From: Bacillota bacterium
GTDB taxonomy: Bacteria > Bacillota > Clostridia > Peptostreptococcales > Acidaminobacteraceae
NCBI GenBank assembly: GCA_023443345.1
Contig: JAEZUZ010000084.1
Coordinates: 1 to 35,443 of the forward strand
DNA length: 35,443 bases
Direction of reading: 5' to 3'
In this document: piece by piece, positions 33,612-35,443 of the stretch
How positions within the stretch are numbered: position 1 is the first letter of the stretch
Layout: each line of letters begins with the position of its first letter
Notes under the pieces: generated by a model
What the model saw: the letters and a program-made list of their open reading frames with translations, nothing else
Databases searched by the model: none
What the model was told of the DNA's origin: nothing
Made by a program: the position numbers and the translations under genes

Positions 33612-34229
33612 ATGTTATTAGAAAGAAAATTTATCCCAGAAAGAGTTTATTCAAGGCTTGCAGAAGAATTACAATTGTATTACAAGGGAGATCCTGCGCT
33701 ACTTAATTCAAAAATAGCAACAGTTGTAGGAACAAGATCTCCATCAAAGTATGCAATAGATATGACTAAAAAAATAGTTGAAAAATTAGGAAATAGAGGA
33801 TATATTATATCAAGTGGGTTTGCATTAGGAGTTGATTCAATAGCTCATAGAACTGCAATTGATCTTGGTATTAAGACTATAGCTGTGCTTAGTTGTGGAC
33901 TTAATTACAACTATCCTAAGGCAAATATAGATATTAGAAATAAAATAGATCTACTACTTACAGAGTATACATATGATCAATCGCCCAATAAATGGCATTT
34001 TATAAGAAGGAATAGACTTTTAAGTGCCATATGTGATACTCTAATTGTTACAGAATGCTCAATTAAATCTGGAACAATGATTACATGTAAATATGCCATA
34101 GAGCATGGTATTGATTTATGGGCTTTACCATCAGATATTACTAGAGAAGATAAATCAGGATGCAATTATCTCATTTCTCAGGGAGCTTATTGCATACACA
34201 ACTTAGATATTTTTGAGGAATTAATATAG
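33612..34229 (+). CDS. dprA: DNA-processing protein DprA/Smf, minimal Rossmann-fold-only form (205 aa)
   Basis: VVGTRSPSKYA, ISSGFALGVDSIAHRTA, IAVLSCGLNYNYP, FIRRNRLLSAI, ECSIKSGTMIT, LPSDI...SGCNYLISQGA. GGAGGAAGT RBS. Conserved position upstream of topA. Confidence 0.8.
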   Translation: MLLERKFIPERVYSRLAEELQLYYKGDPALLNSKIATVVGTRSPSKYAIDMTKKIVEKLGNRGYIISSGFALGVDSIAHRTAIDLGIKTIAVLSCGLNYNYPKANIDIRNKIDLLLTEYTYDQSPNKWHFIRRNRLLSAICDTLIVTECSIKSGTMITCKYAIEHGIDLWALPSDITREDKSGCNYLISQGAYCIHNLDIFEELI

Positions 34230-34238
34230 GGAGAATAA

Positions 34239-35443
34239 ATGCCAAAAAATCTTGTTATTGTTGAATCACCATCTAAAGCAAAGACTATTGAAAAATATTT
34301 AGGAAAAAATTATAAAGTTGTAGCTACAATAGGTCATATTAGAGACCTTCCTAAAAGTAAGTTAGGTGTAGATGTAGATAATAACTTTGAACCCCTTTAC
34401 ATTACAATTAGAGGTAAGGGTGAAATTGTTAAAAATTTAAAGAAAGAAAGTGCTAAAGCTGATAAAGTTTTTATAGCTACTGACCCTGATAGAGAGGGAG
34501 AAGCTATTGCTTGGCATTTAGAATATTTACTTCAACTTGACCCTAATGAAAAACACAGGGTTACTTTTCATGAAATTACAAAAGATGCAGTAAAAAATGC
34601 TATTAAAAATCCTAGAAAAGTAGATATTAAACTTGTAGATTCACAGCAAGCTAGAAGAGTACTAGATAGACTTGTTGGCTATAAAATTTCACCAATACTT
34701 TGGAGAAAAGTTTTAAAAGGCCTCAGTGCTGGCAGAGTGCAATCTGTAGCTCTACATATGATTGCACAAAGAGAAAAAGAAATAAGAGAATTTATAAGTC
34801 AAGAATATTGGACTTTTGATGTTGAACTAAAAAAAGATAAGTCAAAATTATTAGCTGAATTAGTAAAATTAGATAATAAAAAAGTAGAAGTAGACAATAT
34901 AAATAAGGCACAGGAAATAGAAGACATATTAAAAGATGAAAAGTTTGTTCTTAAAGAGATTACTAATAAAGAAAGAAATAGAGTAGCTCCTGAAGTCTAT
35001 ACAACTGCTTCTTTACAAAGAGATGCTTCTAATATTTTAAATTTTCAAGCACAGAAAACCATGAGAATTGCCCAATCTCTATATGAAGGTATAAAAATTA
35101 AAAGAGGTCTTGAAGGTCTTATAACATATATGAGAACAGATTCTACTAGAATTTCTGATCAAGCAAGATCACAAGTGAATGAATTTATACTAAATAATTA
35201 TGGAAAAGAGTATACAGCAAATAAGAAAAATAGAAATCAAAGTGGTCAAGATGCACACGAAGGTATAAGAGTTACTGATGTAAATAGAACCCCTGAGTCA
35301 CTTCAGAAGTATTTAAATAGGGATGAATTAAAGCTATATACTCTGATATGGAATAGATTTGTTGCATCACAGATGTCTGATGCTAAAGTATTAAATACAA
35401 TATATAATTTTAAATCTAAAAGAGCACAGGCAAAATCTACAGG
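34239..35443 (+). CDS. topA: DNA topoisomerase I (3' end outside the window)
   Basis: Not in the ORF track because no stop is reached. ATG 34239 gives MPKNLVIVESPSKAKTIEKYLGKNYKVVATIGHIRDLP (Toprim), then ATDPDREGEAIAWH, QQARRVLDRLVGY and SAGRVQS. Open to the window end. Confidence 0.93.
   Translation, partial: MPKNLVIVESPSKAKTIEKYLGKNYKVVATIGHIRDLPKSKLGVDVDNNFEPLYITIRGKGEIVKNLKKESAKADKVFIATDPDREGEAIAWHLEYLLQLDPNEKHRVTFHEITKDAVKNAIKNPRKVDIKLVDSQQARRVLDRLVGYKISPILWRKVLKGLSAGRVQSVALHMIAQREKEIREFISQEYWTFDVELKKDKSKLLAELVKLDNKKVEVDNINKAQEIEDILKDEKFVLKEITNKERNRVAPEVYTTASLQRDASNILNFQAQKTMRIAQSLYEGIKIKRGLEGLITYMRTDSTRISDQARSQVNEFILNNYGKEYTANKKNRNQSGQDAHEGIRVTDVNRTPESLQKYLNRDELKLYTLIWNRFVASQMSDAKVLNTIYNFKSKRAQAKST

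Noticed and set aside
343-34165. About 20 short ORFs (60-133 aa) antisense to, or in alternate frames of, well-supported genes: 343..534, 5625..5810, 9181..9441, 11394..11684, 13737..13922, 16211..16411, 16953..17216, 18451..18633, 19620..19880, 20633..20938, 21917..22102, 23555..23737, 25040..25249, 26027..26428, 26501..26704, 29224..29502, 32199..32465, 32871..33068, 32983..33216, 33977..34165.
   Set aside because: All lie wholly inside genes with strong family motifs on the other strand or frame. They lack Shine-Dalgarno sequences and translate to low-complexity, biased peptides. This is typical shadow-ORF behaviour in AT-rich DNA.
1-35443. Scan for CRISPR arrays, tRNA/rRNA/tmRNA/SRP RNA genes, IS elements, integrases, phage genes and long inverted or direct repeats flanking the sugar locus.
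   Set aside because: None recognised by eye. The only sizeable non-coding regions are 2746-3035 and 4071-4399. A repeat-finder and tRNAscan/Infernal run would be needed to exclude small elements formally.

Overview
This is an AT-rich Firmicutes-type chromosomal segment, roughly 30% G+C by eye (not computed). Gene order and protein motifs look Clostridia/Tissierellia-like, possibly Peptoniphilaceae, but the taxon is only a guess.

Layout:
- 1-2745: housekeeping genes recG (5' end cut by the window), rsmD, coaD and a coiled-coil protein.
- 3045-9541: a less conserved stretch. It holds a membrane-anchored EEP-family nuclease/phosphatase, a long structured convergent intergenic region, a divergently transcribed single-pass membrane protein with PKD-like and jelly-roll ectodomains, an SbcD/Mre11-like phosphoesterase paired with a short Rad50/SbcC-like ATPase, and a CDF metal exporter.
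- 9542-20556: an AraC-regulated sugar locus. It carries an ABC importer, a GH112 galacto-N-biose/lacto-N-biose phosphorylase, a BadF-type sugar kinase, an MsmK-type ATPase, AgaS and a GatZ/KbaZ-family protein.
- 20611-21822: an amino-acid/dicarboxylate:cation symporter.
- 21945-28116: glycine cleavage operon gcvT-gcvH-gcvPA-gcvPB-lpdA plus a coupled membrane protein.
- 28203-35443: the conserved block ylxM-ffh-rpsP-KH-rimM-trmD-rplS, then rbgA, rnhB, a short dprA, and topA (3' end cut by the window).

I saw no rRNA, tRNA, CRISPR array, transposase or integrase.

I cannot point to a clear-cut novel system. The best candidates for a second look are:
- the Rad50-like ATPase, whose coiled-coil apex is a transmembrane hairpin instead of a zinc hook, together with its membrane-protein neighbours;
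- the GH112 locus, which feeds an AgaS/KbaZ branch rather than the Bifidobacterium NahK-GalT-GalE branch;
- the 330-bp structured intergenic region at 4071-4399.

All family assignments come from motif recognition by eye. No searches were run.
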